Notes: generated by a model not told the origin, from the sequence alone. A DNA stretch of 63,706 nucleotides, filler included, from Octopus bimaculoides (GCF_001194135.2; 5 parts of 5 records of this genome joined end to end with filler, not necessarily neighbours in it); one strand, 5' to 3'; positions 40,544 to 54,721 are shown, numbered from the whole stretch's first letter. Program-made: numbers and translations.

Positions 40544-40545
<2 letters not shown>
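40150..40545 (-). mobile_element. Tc1/mariner (maT/DD37D-like) 5' fragment with one TIR
   Basis: Minus frame KVARSLVYKVCKELETENGNVSPVSKHKKHSKRSEIIRTPEFI resembles an N-terminal HTH; terminus TA-gggtgcgtaaggtatctgaag at 40545. Confidence 0.6.
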
Positions 40546-40583
<38 letters not shown>

Positions 40584-40710
40584 TACACACACACACACAT
40601 ACACACACCTTCTATATTTGGACTGTAGCCTATTGCAATGCTGGCAGACCACCTTGAAGGTCATTATTATGTTTGGTACTTATTCTATCGGTCTCTTTTA
40701 AACCCAAAAC

Positions 40711-40711
<1 letters not shown>

Positions 40712-40779
<68 letters not shown>
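40712..40779. repeat. (GTA)n microsatellite, tail of a minus-strand family A SINE fragment (40598-40705)
   Basis: Directly visible. Confidence 0.85.
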
Positions 40780-41044
40780 CAGCAGCAATTGTAGCAGTAG
40801 CAGTAAAAAAAAGGTGGAGATTACACCGTCGCTACTCCGAGTAACGCCTTTTCTGCTCCTCACCTAACCAGAAATGCAACAACGTCGTTGAAATATCTCA
40901 CATGTCCACTCACACGTTACATTCATACATACATACATACATACATATATACATACATACATACAAACACACACACACACACACACACACGTCCTCACGT
41001 TGTCGTTTTTTGTTGTTGTTTTTTGTCCTTTTCCTTTTTTTGAA

Positions 41045-41078
<34 letters not shown>

Positions 41079-41096
41079 CAAAACATACATAAATGT

Positions 41097-41410
41097 GGGG
41101 GCGCAATGGCCAAGTGGTTAGGGTATCGGACTCGCGGTCATAGGATCGCTGTTTCGATCCCCAGGCCGGGCGTTGTGAGTGTTTATTGAGCGAAAACACT
41201 TAAAGCCCCATGTACTCTTTCACCACAACTTTCTCTCACTCTTTTTTCAGCTTCGTCATATTCTGTGTCATGCCGAATCTCACCGAGAACTACGATAAGG
41301 GTTCACGTGTCTGTGGAATGCTCAGCCACTTGCACGTTAATTTCACGAGCAGGCTGTTCCGTTGATTGGTTTAACTGGAACCCTCGTCGTCGTAACCGAC
41401 GGTGTGCCGT
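41097..41410 (+). mobile_element. SINE family C, near full length
   Basis: A-box TGGCCAAGTGG, B-box GTTTCGATCCC; tail ggaaccctcgtcgtcgtaaccgacgg. Confidence 0.85.
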
Positions 41411-41474
41411 TAAGAATACATGTATATATATATATATATATACACATATTTATATGTTTATTATAAAATATAAA

Positions 41475-41506
<32 letters not shown>

Positions 41507-41508
41507 TT

Positions 41509-41547
<39 letters not shown>

Positions 41548-41929
41548 CCAATCAGCCAATCGAGCTACTCACCCAGTCCCACTCCCTCCCGTCTATTCAT
41601 CCACCCCATTCACCTACCTCGTTCGTGCATCCACCGCACCCAAAACCAACCAGTGTGTTAGAAGCTAAATATGCCAACACATTATATTTCGACTTTTGCT
41701 CTGTAAATACATTGCATAAATGCATAAGGACGACAGCAACAACAAAATCAGCAACAACAACAACAACGGCTACGACGACAACAATAACAACAAGAAAAAA
41801 GAAAACAAACAAAATACAACATAACTACATTTCTAATAAACATCTAATCCAGGCAGTTCAATGAATAATTAATGAGTTGCTTGTCATTTAGACCATCTCT
41901 TCGTATATTGTTTGATCTATTTGAATGTG

Positions 41930-41950
41930 TATGACAGCGTGTATGTGTGT

Positions 41951-41990
<40 letters not shown>

Positions 41991-42069
41991 ATTTGACTGT
42001 GTGCATGTGTGTCTCTTTGTTCACGTATCTGTTTATATTCTTGTGTGTGTGTGTGTATGTGTGCATGTA

Positions 42070-42138
<69 letters not shown>

Positions 42139-42992
42139 ACGCATGTATGAGTGCGTGTTATTGTGTGATTGTGTGTATGTGAGTGTGTGTGTGTATGCAT
42201 GTAGACGTATGTAACTGTGTTTGTGTGTACGTTTGTATGTGTGCCTGTGCATGCATGTGCACGTGTGTGACTGTGTTTGTGTGTATATGCATGTCCATGC
42301 TTGTGAATATGTGCATCGTTTGTGTATCTGTATATATTCTTTTGCTTATATATATATGTATGTATGCATGTGTGCGTGTGTGCGTTTGTGTGTGTGTGTT
42401 TGTATGTTGTCCGTGGATATGTATATTTATCTATGTATGTAATTCATGTTTAAATGTATCTATGAATACATGTATATTTGTATGTGTGTGCGCGTGTTGT
42501 GTATATATGCGTGTGTCAGTATGTATTCGTACATAGTTGAATATCTATTTTACACGTATGTATATCAATATATCTGTCTGTCTGTCTGTCTGTCTGTTTG
42601 GCCGTATGCATGTATGTGTTTTCGTGTTAATGTATGAAAATATAAGTGGATGCGTGTGTGGATATGCATGCGTAGGTATATGTATGTGCAAATGTGTTTA
42701 TAATAATGTCGATAAAATGAATGCATACGTATGCGAGTATATGCGCAATCTTATCCGTACATGTGTCTATGGATATGCGTCTATTAGGGCGTGTTTGTCT
42801 ACGTGTGTGTGTGTGTATGTGTATGTGTGTGTGTGAGTGTGTGTGTGAGTTTGGATAGTTAGTGGTATATTGGAGTATGTGCTTGTATGCGATGTGCTTG
42901 TCATCTGTGTACGTGAGTGCGTAAGTGCGCACGCATTAGCGAGTGTGAGCGCATATGGATGTGCGTATGTCATGTGTGTGTGCGTGTATGTA

Positions 42993-43020
<28 letters not shown>
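41930..43020. repeat. Long degenerate (TG)/(TATG) cryptic microsatellite field
   Basis: Directly visible; source of many spurious CV/HT ORFs. Confidence 0.9.
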
Positions 43021-43023
<3 letters not shown>

Positions 43024-44675
43024 TCTTCCATTCTTTGATTTTCACCGGAGGTTATTATTTTCTGGTCTGCTTGGCACTCATATTTCAATGTATGAAAAAT
43101 CGGCGGGAAATGAGAAGATGGTGGTGGTAGTAGTGGTGGTGGTGGTGGCGGTGATGGTGTCGGAGGAGGAGGAGAAGGAGAAGAAAGAGGAGGAGAAACG
43201 ACAAATAAATACTTAAAATAAAATAGATACATAAAACAAAGACGACACACAGTAAATGAAACTTGGAAGATCATTTAAAAATTATTATCATTATTATTAT
43301 TATTATTACCATTATTATTATTATTATTATCATTATTATTATCATCACCACCACCACCACCACCACCACCANNNNNNNNNNNNNNNNNNNNNNNNNNNNN
43401 NNNNNNNNNNNNNNNNNNNNNNNNNNNNNNNNNNNNNNNNNNNNNNNNNNNNNNNNNNNNNNNNNNNNNNNNNNNNNNNNNNNNNNNNNNNNNNNNNNNN
43501 NNNNNNNNNNNNNNNNNNNNNNNNNNNNNNNNNNNNNNNNNNNNNNNNNNNNNNNNNNNNNNNNNNNNNNNNNNNNNNNNNNNNNNNNNNNNNNNNNNNN
43601 NNNNNNNNNNNNNNNNNNNNNNNNNNNNNNNNNNNNNNNNNNNNNNNNNNNNNNNNNNNNNNNNNNNNNNNNNNNNNNNNNNNNNNNNNNNNNNNNNNNN
43701 NNNNNNNNNNNNNNNNNNNNNNNNNNNNNNNNNNNNNNNNNNNNNNNNNNNNNNNNNNNNNNNNNNNNNNNNNNNNNNNNNNNNNNNNNNNNNNNNNNNN
43801 NNNNNNNNNNNNNNNNNNNNNNNNNNNNNNNNNNNNNNNNNNNNNNNNNNNNNNNNNNNNNNNNNNNNNNNNNNNNNNNNNNNNNNNNNNNNNNNNNNNN
43901 NNNNNNNNNNNNNNNNNNNNNNNNNNNNNNNNNNNNNNNNNNNNNNNNNNNNNNNNNNNNNNNNNNNNNNNNNNNNNNNNNNNNNNNNNNNNNNNNNNNN
44001 NNNNNNNNNNNNNNNNNNNNNNNNNNNNNNNNNNNNNNNNNNNNNNNNNNNNNNNNNNNNNNNNNNNNNNNNNNNNNNNNNNNNNNNNNNNNNNNNNNNN
44101 NNNNNNNNNNNNNNNNNNNNNNNNNNNNNNNNNNNNNNNNNNNNNNNNNNNNNNNNNNNNNNNNNNNNNNNNNNNNNNNNNNNNNNNNNNNNNNNNNNNN
44201 NNNNNNNNNNNNNNNNNNNNNNNNNNNNNNNNNNNNNNNNNNNNNNNNNNNNNNNNNNNNNNNNNNNNNNNNNNNNNNNNNNNNNNNNNNNNNNNNNNNN
44301 NNNNNNNNNNNNNNNNNNNNNNNNNNNNNNNNNNNNNNNNNNNNNNNNNNNNNNNNNNNNNNNNNNNNNNNTAAACAGATGCCCTAAATTCAGTATGATA
44401 CATTTTTATTCTGGCTGCTCTCATTCTTTTCTTTGATAAAGGGTATTAAGTGAAACGCTTGATTCTCTTCTGTTTCTTCCATTGGCGTATATATTTTTAT
44501 TGCACACTTCTTCTATTACTGTTTTTTTCTCTTTATATTTTTACGCTTTTCCAATCCCACATTTCTCTTGTCTACCTATATGTACTACTTGTTTCCACCT
44601 TGTCTCTTAACTCCACTCGTTTTATTTGTGTTTTTTACCTACGCACACACACGTACACACGCACGCAGGCATGCA

Positions 44676-44713
<38 letters not shown>

Positions 44714-44810
44714 TGTATATATGCACGCATACATACATACATACATACATACATTCATGCATACATATATAGGGAGTTGTGTGTGTGTGTGTGTGTGTGT
44801 ATGCATGTAT

Positions 44811-44852
<42 letters not shown>

Positions 44853-46221
44853 TGGAGAGGGAGAGAATGTGAGAAAGAGAGAAGATAAAAGTGCTTAGCA
44901 TACTGGTTTGGATGTTGAGCTTACGTTCTTTAGGTTGTGATCAATTCTTGATTAAGAAGCGTGTTGTGTTTCTGAGCAAGGCAATTCATTTGTCGTTGCT
45001 TTAGTCCACTCAGCAGCTGAAAATGATTAATAGTAAAAGGTAATGGCGGGTGGTTGACCTTCGATGGTTCCAATTCTTTTTCAGTGTAGGAGACTTCTAA
45101 GTCACTTAAATGACATGGAAACCGGGATGAACTCCGGCTTAATAGGCAGACTTATGTGTATCATTTGTGAACGTGCGCGAGTGCACGTGTGAATGTATGC
45201 GAATGTGTGTGTGTTAGTGTGCGTGTGTTAGTGTGTGTGTATTTGTGTGTGTGAGTGTGTGTATGGCAATAGTCATACAAATTAAAAGTTTGTAACATGT
45301 GATATGTAAAAAAAGTAACTACCTGGAATACACCCAAACCAATCCAGACATATAATCTCTCCTGTAAGTATCCGTTCTCATTTATAATGTGTTGTGTCGA
45401 CGCACCCAAGCGAAGAAGTAGGCTCGACCAAGACATAAAAATAGAGGTAGTCTGACCGTGGTAGGAGTGGACTGACAGTGGACTGACAGTGGACTGGCTG
45501 TTGAGTAGCAGTCGTGTAGCGGTTGAGCAGAGATCATCCGAAGGTGCTAGATAGCAGTAGCTTGAGACACAACATAATGGAAAGTGATCAGTAGATTGCC
45601 AGAAACAGTAGATACTAAACAAAATACTTTGAAGTGTTGAATAATGCTCCTTTCTGTTATAAGTTCAACAATCGCTTTGTTTGGCTTTGCTTTTTTTTTT
45701 TAATCAAATTTCAAGTGGATAATACTCCTCCTTTCTAGTAATTCTGACTCCTCTTGCTAATTTAAAAAACAGACATTGCAAAGTGATGCAATCCTTGGAC
45801 ACATCGAATCCTGTACAATCCATGCCAACATGAAAACATGTTAAATATAACTGATGATAATAATGACGATGTTGATACACACGGACACACACATACACGC
45901 ATACATGCACACATGCACACACACACACACACATTTGCATGCTTGTATGTTTACATGCATGAATGTGTGTATGTATATATATATCGTAGTTTGTGTCTCT
46001 GTTCATGTTTGTTGGTATAAAACCGGTGGTGCCTGAAAAAGTTATAGTCTTCGTTAAACGTAAACCGAAACCGAAAAGAAAACAAAATACGAGATAATTA
46101 AAAACTGGAGTTGATATGATAGACCAAACCTTTCAAACCATGTTCCAGCATGACTGCGAATCGGTGACTGGAACCAATAAAAATATACAAAAGTCTTATA
46201 TCATATTCAATAGTTTTACAA

Positions 46222-46720
46222 TATGAGGGTGGGCTGAAAAGTTCATAGGCTGACTATAAAGGAGCGATGCTAGATCTATGAAATCTTGCAAGCATTAATT
46301 TCAGATTCTTGTTATTAATAAGTAACTGTATTGTTTCTTTCCAGGTAAGCTGGCATCTGACTGTTCAAAGAAGACTGTGCTTTGAAATGGTTGTTCTTCA
46401 TCCTCCTTATTCGCTTGGTTTGATCCGATCTGACTATCATCTGTTCCTCAACAGGAAAAAAACAAAACAAAACAAAACAAAAAGAAAGAAACACTTGGCT
46501 GGAAACCAGTGTCGCAGTGATAATGACGTCATATCTGTTGTTAATGACCCATTTGACCAACAGCATGAAAATTTCTTCATCAATGGGATCCAAGTACTGC
46601 AACACCGATGGATAAAGTGTATGGACCTCAAGAGGGACTATGTTTAGAAATAAACTTCAATTGGTCACCTTCCATGAAAGTATCTTGGTCAGCCTACGAA
46701 CTTTTCAACCGATCCTTGTA
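46222..46720 (+). mobile_element. Internally deleted mariner element with both TIRs and transposase C-terminus
   Basis: TA-tgagggtgggctgaaaagttcataggctgac ... gtcagcctacgaacttttcaaccgatccttg-TA; HPPYSLGLIRSDYHLF...GIQVLQHRWIKC...DYV corresponds to the YSPDLAPSD motif region. Confidence 0.9.
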
Positions 46721-47759
46721 TTTATATTTTAATAGATTTGCTGCTGTTGCAGTTGTTTCTGTTATTTTGTGAGAGAGTTTATTGGTTTCATTGCATGGTG
46801 AAGCCTTGGGGTATTACAGGCACATTTTAACGTTGGTGGTGTGTTGTCCACGCGTCTTGGTTTGTGGTTGACACACCTTTTGTTTATGGAGGGCTCATTT
46901 TGTTCTAGCAGCGCTCGTGTTTCAGGTTCCACGATGTACATCTTGCTTTCGTCTGAAGAGCTTCCTGGGGCTCATACCAGATCAAAAAATCGTCACCGTG
47001 GCGATGTTCGAAAATGAAACAACCTTGTTTTGTGCTAGCTGTGTGGACGAGACCACTGCTGCTTGTACACCTAGAAGCTGGCATCGCAGTCTCGCTCTTT
47101 ACTTTGTTGATAGTATTAGTAGTGATGGTGGTGGCGGCGGCGGCGGTGGTGGTGGTAGTGGTGATGATGATGGCCAAGGTAGTGGTGGTGGTCTTAGCAG
47201 TATAGAATGTATTGCTATCTTCCCTCTTCTGGTTTTCGATGTTGTTGACGTTATTATTCATCTCAACTCTGCCTTTGGTGCTCAGTACTTGTGGCTATTG
47301 TTCTTACTATCGCCATTGTTACTAGACGCGTTAATTTGCTAATCTTGTTGTTTGGTTGTTCAGTATGTTGTGTTGCCGCTACTGCTCCAAATACCCCATT
47401 TTCTCTCCGCAACTATGTGAATGACAGCGGCAATGGTGATTCTGTTTGGTTACCAGCAGAAGGGGAAGTCTTCACTCGTGCAAGTGGCAAAAGAGAGCCA
47501 TTGATTAGGAAAATCTTCCCCACTCCTTTCCTCTCTTAGTGACTGGCAGGTAAATTTATTTTCGATAAAGAATTTCTTTTCAGATCTATAGCCCCAAGGG
47601 ACTGGAGACAACAGAAAGCGAATACATGAATCCATTGGAATTGTGACAGGTTCTTCAACAAATAGGAGACACATTAACAACAAAAAAATATTAAAACGTA
47701 CAAAAGATAATTACTTGAAAGAACAACAATAATAACAGTTATGATGTTTTCGTATTAGT

Positions 47760-47915
47760 GAAAACTTGGCTGTGTAGTTAAGAAGTCTGCTTGTAACCAC
47801 GTAGTTTCGGGTCCAGATCTATTGCGCGGTATCATGGGCAAGTATATTCTACTATAGCTCCGGGTGGACCAAATAGGTGAATTTGGTAGAAAGAAACCGT
47901 GTAGAAATCAATTAC
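47760..47915 (+). mobile_element. SINE family A, 5' half, diverged
   Basis: ggctgtgtagttaagaagtctgcttgtaaccac...gggcaagtatattctactatagc. Confidence 0.7.
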
Positions 47916-47946
<31 letters not shown>

Positions 47947-48014
47947 TGTATGTATGTATGTATGTATGTGTGTATGTATGTATGCATGCATGTATGTATA
48001 TATGTATATATATA

Positions 48015-48179
48015 GGCGCAGACGTGGCTGTGTGGTAAGAAGCTTATTTCCCAACCATATGGTTCCGGATTCAGTCCTACCGCTTGGCACCTTGGGAAAG
48101 TGTCTTCTACTATAGCATCGGGCCAACCAAAGGTTTTGAGTGGATTTGATAGACGGAAACGGAAAGAATCTTGTCGTAT

Positions 48180-48231
<52 letters not shown>

Positions 48232-48447
48232 GTATATGTCTATATGTTGATGTATCTTTGCGTCTGTGTGAGTCCCATTACCGATTGACAACCTGTGTTG
48301 GTGTGTTTACGTCCCCGTAACTTAGTGGTTCGGCAAAAGAGATCGATAGAATAAGTACTAGGCTTAAGAAATAAGCCCTGGGGTCGATTTGCTCGACTAA
48401 AAAAAAACATTCCATAGCCACAGTAAAATGACTGAAACAAGTAAAAA
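48015..48447 (+). mobile_element. SINE family A, full length with internal (CA)n
   Basis: tRNA-like head, ccttgggaaagtgtcttctactatagc, internal (CA)n at 48181-48226, then the 3' half. Confidence 0.9.
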
Positions 48448-48939
48448 AAATTAAAAAGATGTGTGTGTGTGTGCGCGCGCGCGCGCGCGCGTATTGACAG
48501 ATATATAGATAAATAGATAGACAGAAAACGATATGAACAAAAATGGGTAATATCATCTTTATTTGAGGATTACATCATACAGGACCAACGATAGAAAAGA
48601 ATACAAATTACGAAATCGATGCGTATTGGATCGATTGTAAAATTCATTACATCCGAAATTTAAGCGAGCGCAATGTTATCAAAGTAATGGCTTGAATTCA
48701 AAGTGAACTGATATAATGGCTATACATGAATGTAGTCAAAAAAGAATGTTAAGAAGAAATATTATATGCTAAGAAAAGCCAGTTGAATATTTAAACTTAC
48801 GTAAGTATAAAAAATATACATAGAAATGTTACGTTAGTACATGTACTTATTTGGTTATTTAGGAATGTTCAGAATAAATTTTTTATAATTTAGAAAAATT
48901 ATGCTTAATAAATTAAAGGAAAAGCAGTCATAATGAAGG

Positions 48940-49340
48940 TGCTTCTTATTGAAATATTTACGCGAACATTTCAATGTAAGATTGGTTCTAGAATTTAATA
49001 ATTTTAATTTTAAAGTAATTGAATAATACATTTCCTCAAGGTAAAGATCACATTTAAAATTACCAGTATTGTACAGTGGAGAGTAACTTATAAATGAATT
49101 ACTTCAAATCGTTTTTAATGTTTTTGCTTTTCAAATCCCTAATGCATCTACTAAGATTCGTAGAATTACATCTTCTCCTAAACTGAAATGAAGAAGAATG
49201 GTTATGTAACCTAGATTTCCAAATTGTGGCCGAAGAACTAGTGTAATAATACGTACAATCACCTGCAAGTGCCATATATTGACATTCTAGATTCTTTTCT
49301 AAACAACGATGCTCTAAAGGACACATAAGTTTGTTTTTAG
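48940..49340 (-). mobile_element. Penelope-like element, GIY-YIG endonuclease remnant
   Basis: CPLEHRCLEKNL..Y...TYYY.SSSATIWKSRLHNHSSSF...NSTNLSRCIRDLK, then shifted YNTGNFKCDLYLEE, follow PLE GIY-YIG motifs. Confidence 0.8.
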
Positions 49341-49613
49341 TAGAAAGGAGTTTGTTCGTTCTTATGAAGCATGTATGATTAAAGGAACTAATCCTAACGC
49401 TACCCTCAGAATTAGGTGTTAAAACAGGATTATTAGCAGTATTATCTTAAAGGTATTATCAATTTCATTGCTGGATTTACTTTCACCTAAAGTATCAAAA
49501 CATGATGATTATTTCCGCTAAATCAGCACCCAAATAATTATTTATGTATACGTTAGAGTCGAGATTAACTTTATCATTATCATCATTAGTAATATTATTA
49601 CTTTCACCGTTAA

Positions 49614-49704
<91 letters not shown>

Positions 49705-50256
49705 GAGTGAGAGAGCAAAGCATGCCATCAAAGTGACACTGGGGTAAAATATATGAAGCCCATTATACCCATCATGACTGCCTGTCTGATAAGAGTACAC
49801 CAGGCACATGCATCACAACCATATGTGCGCGACAAGTTGATCTTATATGAAGATAGACAACGCATGACCTTGGAGATGGGGCCCAGTTAGAATTTTCTTC
49901 AGGTCGAGTAGCCTATCTCGCTTAAAAGGTTCCTGATAAGGTTTGTTTAAGTATGTTGAGCAAAATACCCATATTTCCAAAGGTGAATTATTCAAGCCCC
50001 AAAGAATTCCTCTCAACAAATGGTTATGATGCTCCCCGACTACATCTGCTCGTGATCAGAGATGCAATATCGTCAGCCACCAAGGGACATGCTCAACTGG
50101 TTAAGGTCAAACAACTGACAAGCAAATCTGTGGTATTAAGCAGAATATTTACTGTACCCCATCTTTTATACCAAGACAAAACAATGTACATGATAACACA
50201 TCCAATCAGTTAAGATCAGAAGCCATGAAAGCCACTGCCTGGTACTGCATCAGGGC

Positions 50257-50258
<2 letters not shown>
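49705..50258. mobile_element. ~550-bp non-coding interspersed element between (ATT)n tracts
   Basis: GC-richer block gagtgagagagc...ctgcatcagggca with sharp (ATT)n boundaries on both sides; no credible ORF. Confidence 0.65.
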
Positions 50259-50300
<42 letters not shown>

Positions 50301-50654
50301 NNNNNNNNNNNNNNNNNNNNNNNNNNNNNNNNNNNNNNNNNNNNTTAATTAATTAANNNNNNNNNNNNNNNNNNNNNNNNNNNNNNNNNNNNNNNNNNNN
50401 TATATATATATCAAGTGAGTTTTGTATCTCATAGGAATATGGTTGCGTCGTTTGCAGAATGAAGCATGTGATGGAGGAAGTTTAAGTTGGACTAATTCTC
50501 GTTTCTTTTGGCTTTGTAAGAACGCGTAGAGTCTGTTGATGCTCTGCGAGTATCGAATGACTTGCAGAGAATCCAGGCTACGTTACGCATCCATTCCTCC
50601 TCGTTCTCCTTCTCTCTTCAAACAACTACCAGCACCTCCACCACCAACACCGTG

Positions 50655-50689
<35 letters not shown>

Positions 50690-52091
50690 CATCGTTAGCA
50701 CTAATATAGCCAAACAAGTTCGTAATTACTATAAACCACTCACCACCAGAACTTCTAGAACAGTTTCAGCAATTAGCAAATACAAATAAAAACTTCATGA
50801 CTAATAACTAAAATTAGATCACGTGACGATGCGTGATACAGTGATACAGTGCTGGGTTCGATCTCAGAACCCTGCTACAGGTTATGTCCTTGAGCAAGTC
50901 ACTTCATTTTACGTTGCTCCTGTCCACTAAGCGAAAATGAATACCAGTAATAACTACGGGGATTTGTCCTCCAGTTCAGAGTTGGAGAAGTTTTCTACTC
51001 TCAATCGCTTAAACCTGAAGATCGAGACACACTATTTCCAACACTAAAATATAGACAGCTAGTTGTACTTCCATAACTGTTATAGTTTTTACAAGTAAAC
51101 TAAATAACACTCAGTTATTATTATTTTTTTTTTCGGAGATTCTAGTCTCAACGAAGCTGCAAAGTTGCAAAAGCTCTTCCAATAAGTCTTTCGGTCGCAA
51201 GAACGGCGCTCCTTCTGAAATTGGATCTTTCCCCACCAGCCCTTTCTCTTTTCTTTATTACTGACAACTTGTATGCCGTCCCCATATTATGATTTCCCTT
51301 GGGCGAAATCTACCGAGGCTTGGCCTCTGATATCATACACCAACTATCTCTCACCAGACTCATTGTTAAACATGATATCGTAAAAAGTTCGTCTAATCCT
51401 CTTGGCAACTTGCTAGACTCTCTCCTACACTTATCCCTCAGAATCTTCGTTCCGGGCTGTGTGGTATTTCGTTGCGTAGCAAAGTTGCTCTCTTCTCTTC
51501 ACTTTCCACCAACTCAGACATAGTCAACGCTTCAGTATATCAATAGCCTACTCGTTGCTATCACTGAGAAGTACGCTCCTAGTTAGATAATACAAAGTTT
51601 CATTCCTGTTTAACCTTTCACAAACACACACACACTCACACACACACACTCACACACACACACACTTAGCCCACACATAACTTGAGTCAACATACAAGAA
51701 GCCTAAGAAAATCTTTCACTGAGAACAGCAAACAAATCTTTTTTAACAGCACAAAAATCAAACTCACTTAGTGTACCACGTGCAACGACACCACTGAAAC
51801 AGATAACTACAAAAGGGTTTTATTTTCTGAGCTTCCCTAAACCTTTTCGTCCTCAACTGGTTAGAAGCGGTTTAAAAACTCGTCGTCTAAATGTTAGATG
51901 TGTATTTTCGTGTAGTATTTCTACTTTCTCTGCACAATTTCTGCAACCGGATTTATGACAAATGTTAAAGGAATGAATTTACAGGGTGAGGTTGCGTTAT
52001 TTGTGATTCTTTTTGTGACTTGGGGTGTGATGCGAATGTTGCTGTTGTTGTTGTTGATGTTACAAATTACTCTCTCGGTTACTAATGAAGT

Positions 52092-52400
52092 GTGGCTTAC
52101 TGGTTAGGGCATTCAGCTCCCGATTGTAAGGTCGTGAGTTAGGATTCCCGGCGGCACATTGTCTCCTCCAGAAAGATACTTTATTTCTCGTTGCTCCTGT
52201 CCGCTCAACTGGCAAAAGTGAGCAGTTCCCATATTTCAAAGGGTCAGCCCTGTCACGTTTTGTGTCACGCTCAATACCCCTGACAACTACGTAAAGGGCT
52301 ATGCGGATCTGTGCAGTACTTACCCACGTTAATTTCACCAGCAGGCTGTTTTGTAGATCGTATCAACTGGTATACTCATCGTCGTAACCGACGGAGAACC
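52092..52400 (+). mobile_element. SINE family C relative, diverged
   Basis: tggcttactggttagggcattc...; tail tcgtcgtaaccgacggag. Confidence 0.75.
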
Positions 52401-52811
52401 AATAAATAATGTTTTCCTATTAGTTTTACATTTTATGTTGGATGCAAATGTTTACCACGTTGTTTTTTTTCTTTTCTAAGCTTATTTTATTTATTTGTTT
52501 TGAAATTTCCTCGATCGGATTTTCATCGGTGAATTTCAGTTGCGATGCGGGTGGTTTTATTCTCCTCTGTTTGATGTTATCTCTCATATTTCAAGTCGGA
52601 TTATTCCTGAGCTGTGAAAGGATTTTATTTTTGCCTTGCCTCGTAGATCCTCTGTGTTTTTTGGAATAAATCAATAAATAAACGAATGCATGAAATATAG
52701 AAAATCAGGAGCTTGGTAAATATTTGTGTCCAAGCGTGAAACTAACAGTAAAACACTCAACAGAGAGGAACGAGCCACACCAAGATCGATCGCATCGCAA
52801 CCTATCTTTCT

Positions 52812-52968
52812 TCCTTTATTTGTTTCAGTCATTAGACTGCGGTCATGCTGGAGCACCGCTTTGAAACATTTGTAGTTGAATGAATCGATCCCATAACTGT
52901 TTAAACTTGCTACTTATTCTGTAAGGTTTTTTTGCCGAACTGCAAAGTTACAGGGACATAAACACACC
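52812..52968 (-). mobile_element. SINE family A, 3' part
   Basis: ttgtttcagtcattagactgcggtcatgctggagcaccgc. Confidence 0.8.
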
Positions 52969-53315
52969 NNNNNNNNNNNNNNNNNNNNNNNNNNNNNNNN
53001 NNNNNNNNNNNNNNNNNNNNNNNNNNNNNNNNNNNNNNNNNNNNNNNNNNNNNNNNNNNNNNNNNNNNNNNNNNNNNNNNNNNNNNNNNNNNNNNNNNNN
53101 NNNNNNNNNNNNNNNNNNNNNNNNNNNNNNNNNNNNNNNNNNNNNNNNNNNNNNNNNNNNNNNNNNNNNNNNNNNNNNNNNNNNNNNNNNNNNNNNNNNN
53201 NNNNNNNNNNNNNNNNNNNNNNNNNNNNNNNNNNNNNNNNNNNNNNNNNNNNNNNNNNNNNNNNNNNNNNNNNNNNNNNNNNNNNNNNNNNNNNNNNNNN
53301 NNNNNNNNNNNNNNN

Positions 53316-53560
53316 CCGTGAGCAAGACAGTTTATTTCACGTTGCTTCAGTCCACTCAGCTGGCAAAAATGAGTTGTACCTGTATTTCAAAGGGGCCAGC
53401 CTTGTCACACTGTGTGTCACGCTGAATCTCCCTGAGAACTACGTTAGGGGCACACGTGTTTGTGGATTGCTCAGTGACTTGCACGTTAATTTCATGAGCA
53501 AGCTGTTCCGTTGATTTTATCAGCTGGGTCCCTCGTCGTCGTAACTGACGGAGTGCTCCT
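53316..53560 (+). mobile_element. SINE family C, 3' part
   Basis: gtccactcagctggc...ccctcgtcgtcgtaactgacggagtgc. Confidence 0.8.
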
Positions 53561-53790
53561 CCACATATCCTTAACTTTTTGTACACTCCATCTGCCAACA
53601 ATACCACAATTACGTAATTCTGAGCACTAAGAAACAACTGTCGCTCCAGAAATGCTCCGCCCTCTCCCTTTAGTTTTCTGTATTTCTGTCCAGTGAATAT
53701 ATAATATTTATATGCTTATACACGAGTGTTCATCTTCTGAATATTTTCAGTTTTTATTTCCCTCTGTATATATTCTTATATATATTTATA

Positions 53791-53823
<33 letters not shown>

Positions 53824-54676
53824 GTATATGTTTATATATATATATATATATTTTATATATCAAGCCCAAGCTTGTTTATTAGCATCACTATATCTCTACA
53901 TATACATATTCGACAAGCTTTTGGTCATCCTGATACTATATAGCGCAAGATGCCACGCAGTGGGACCGAACCTGGAACCATGTGGCTAGAAGGAAATTGT
54001 TTACCAAATAACCCATATCGGCACCTACATCACAATAACAACCTTACATAAATAACACACACATACACATGCACACACAAACGCGCACAAACACACATGC
54101 ACAGACAAACATACTCACACGCACACACATACACTTACTGCAAAAGTAAATGTTTTGTTGGTGACAGCGCTAATGTTGAATCTTGAAAAGCTTTAAGTCT
54201 GTTCCTTGTTATGCTTTTATGCTTTGTGTTTGCTTTTCCAGAGTTTCTAAAACTATTTTCCAATTCTTCGTTGATGTGTGAGTGTGTTGTGATGTTAATT
54301 CATCGTTTACTCTTGAAAAGTTAGGTGATTGCTTCCCAAGTAAATGTGGTAGGTCGGTGCATAGGAAGAAGTGAACGTAGTTAACCGGATGTGCTTTTAA
54401 AGTGTAAAAGGAGTTTATTTCTGATACTGTTTTTCCTTTTGTTAATTGTATTATACAAGAGTCAGGAAGTGTTGAATGTCTTGAAATCTTCTCCGATTCT
54501 TTACTCTAAAGAGAACGTTAATGTGATACCCTTGGTTATGTAATGGGTTGCGACATATGGTGAGCTCGGTTCTTAAATATTTATATCGATATTAAATTGC
54601 TTTGTGTTGCTAGTTTTCACTTTGAAGATATGCATTTTTGGTGTAGTGTTATTTTTTATCAGAGAGGAATGTCAAT

Positions 54677-54721
<45 letters not shown>

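Noticed and set aside
45290-45680. Possible solo LTR with a short gtggactgaca tandem repeat
   Set aside because: TG...CA ends, TSD and a partner LTR could not be established.
46750-47650. Possible Penelope GIY-YIG C-terminus (…MYIVEPETRALLEQNEPSINKR) and adjoining coding-like DNA
   Set aside because: Similarity too weak and fragmented to call without a search.
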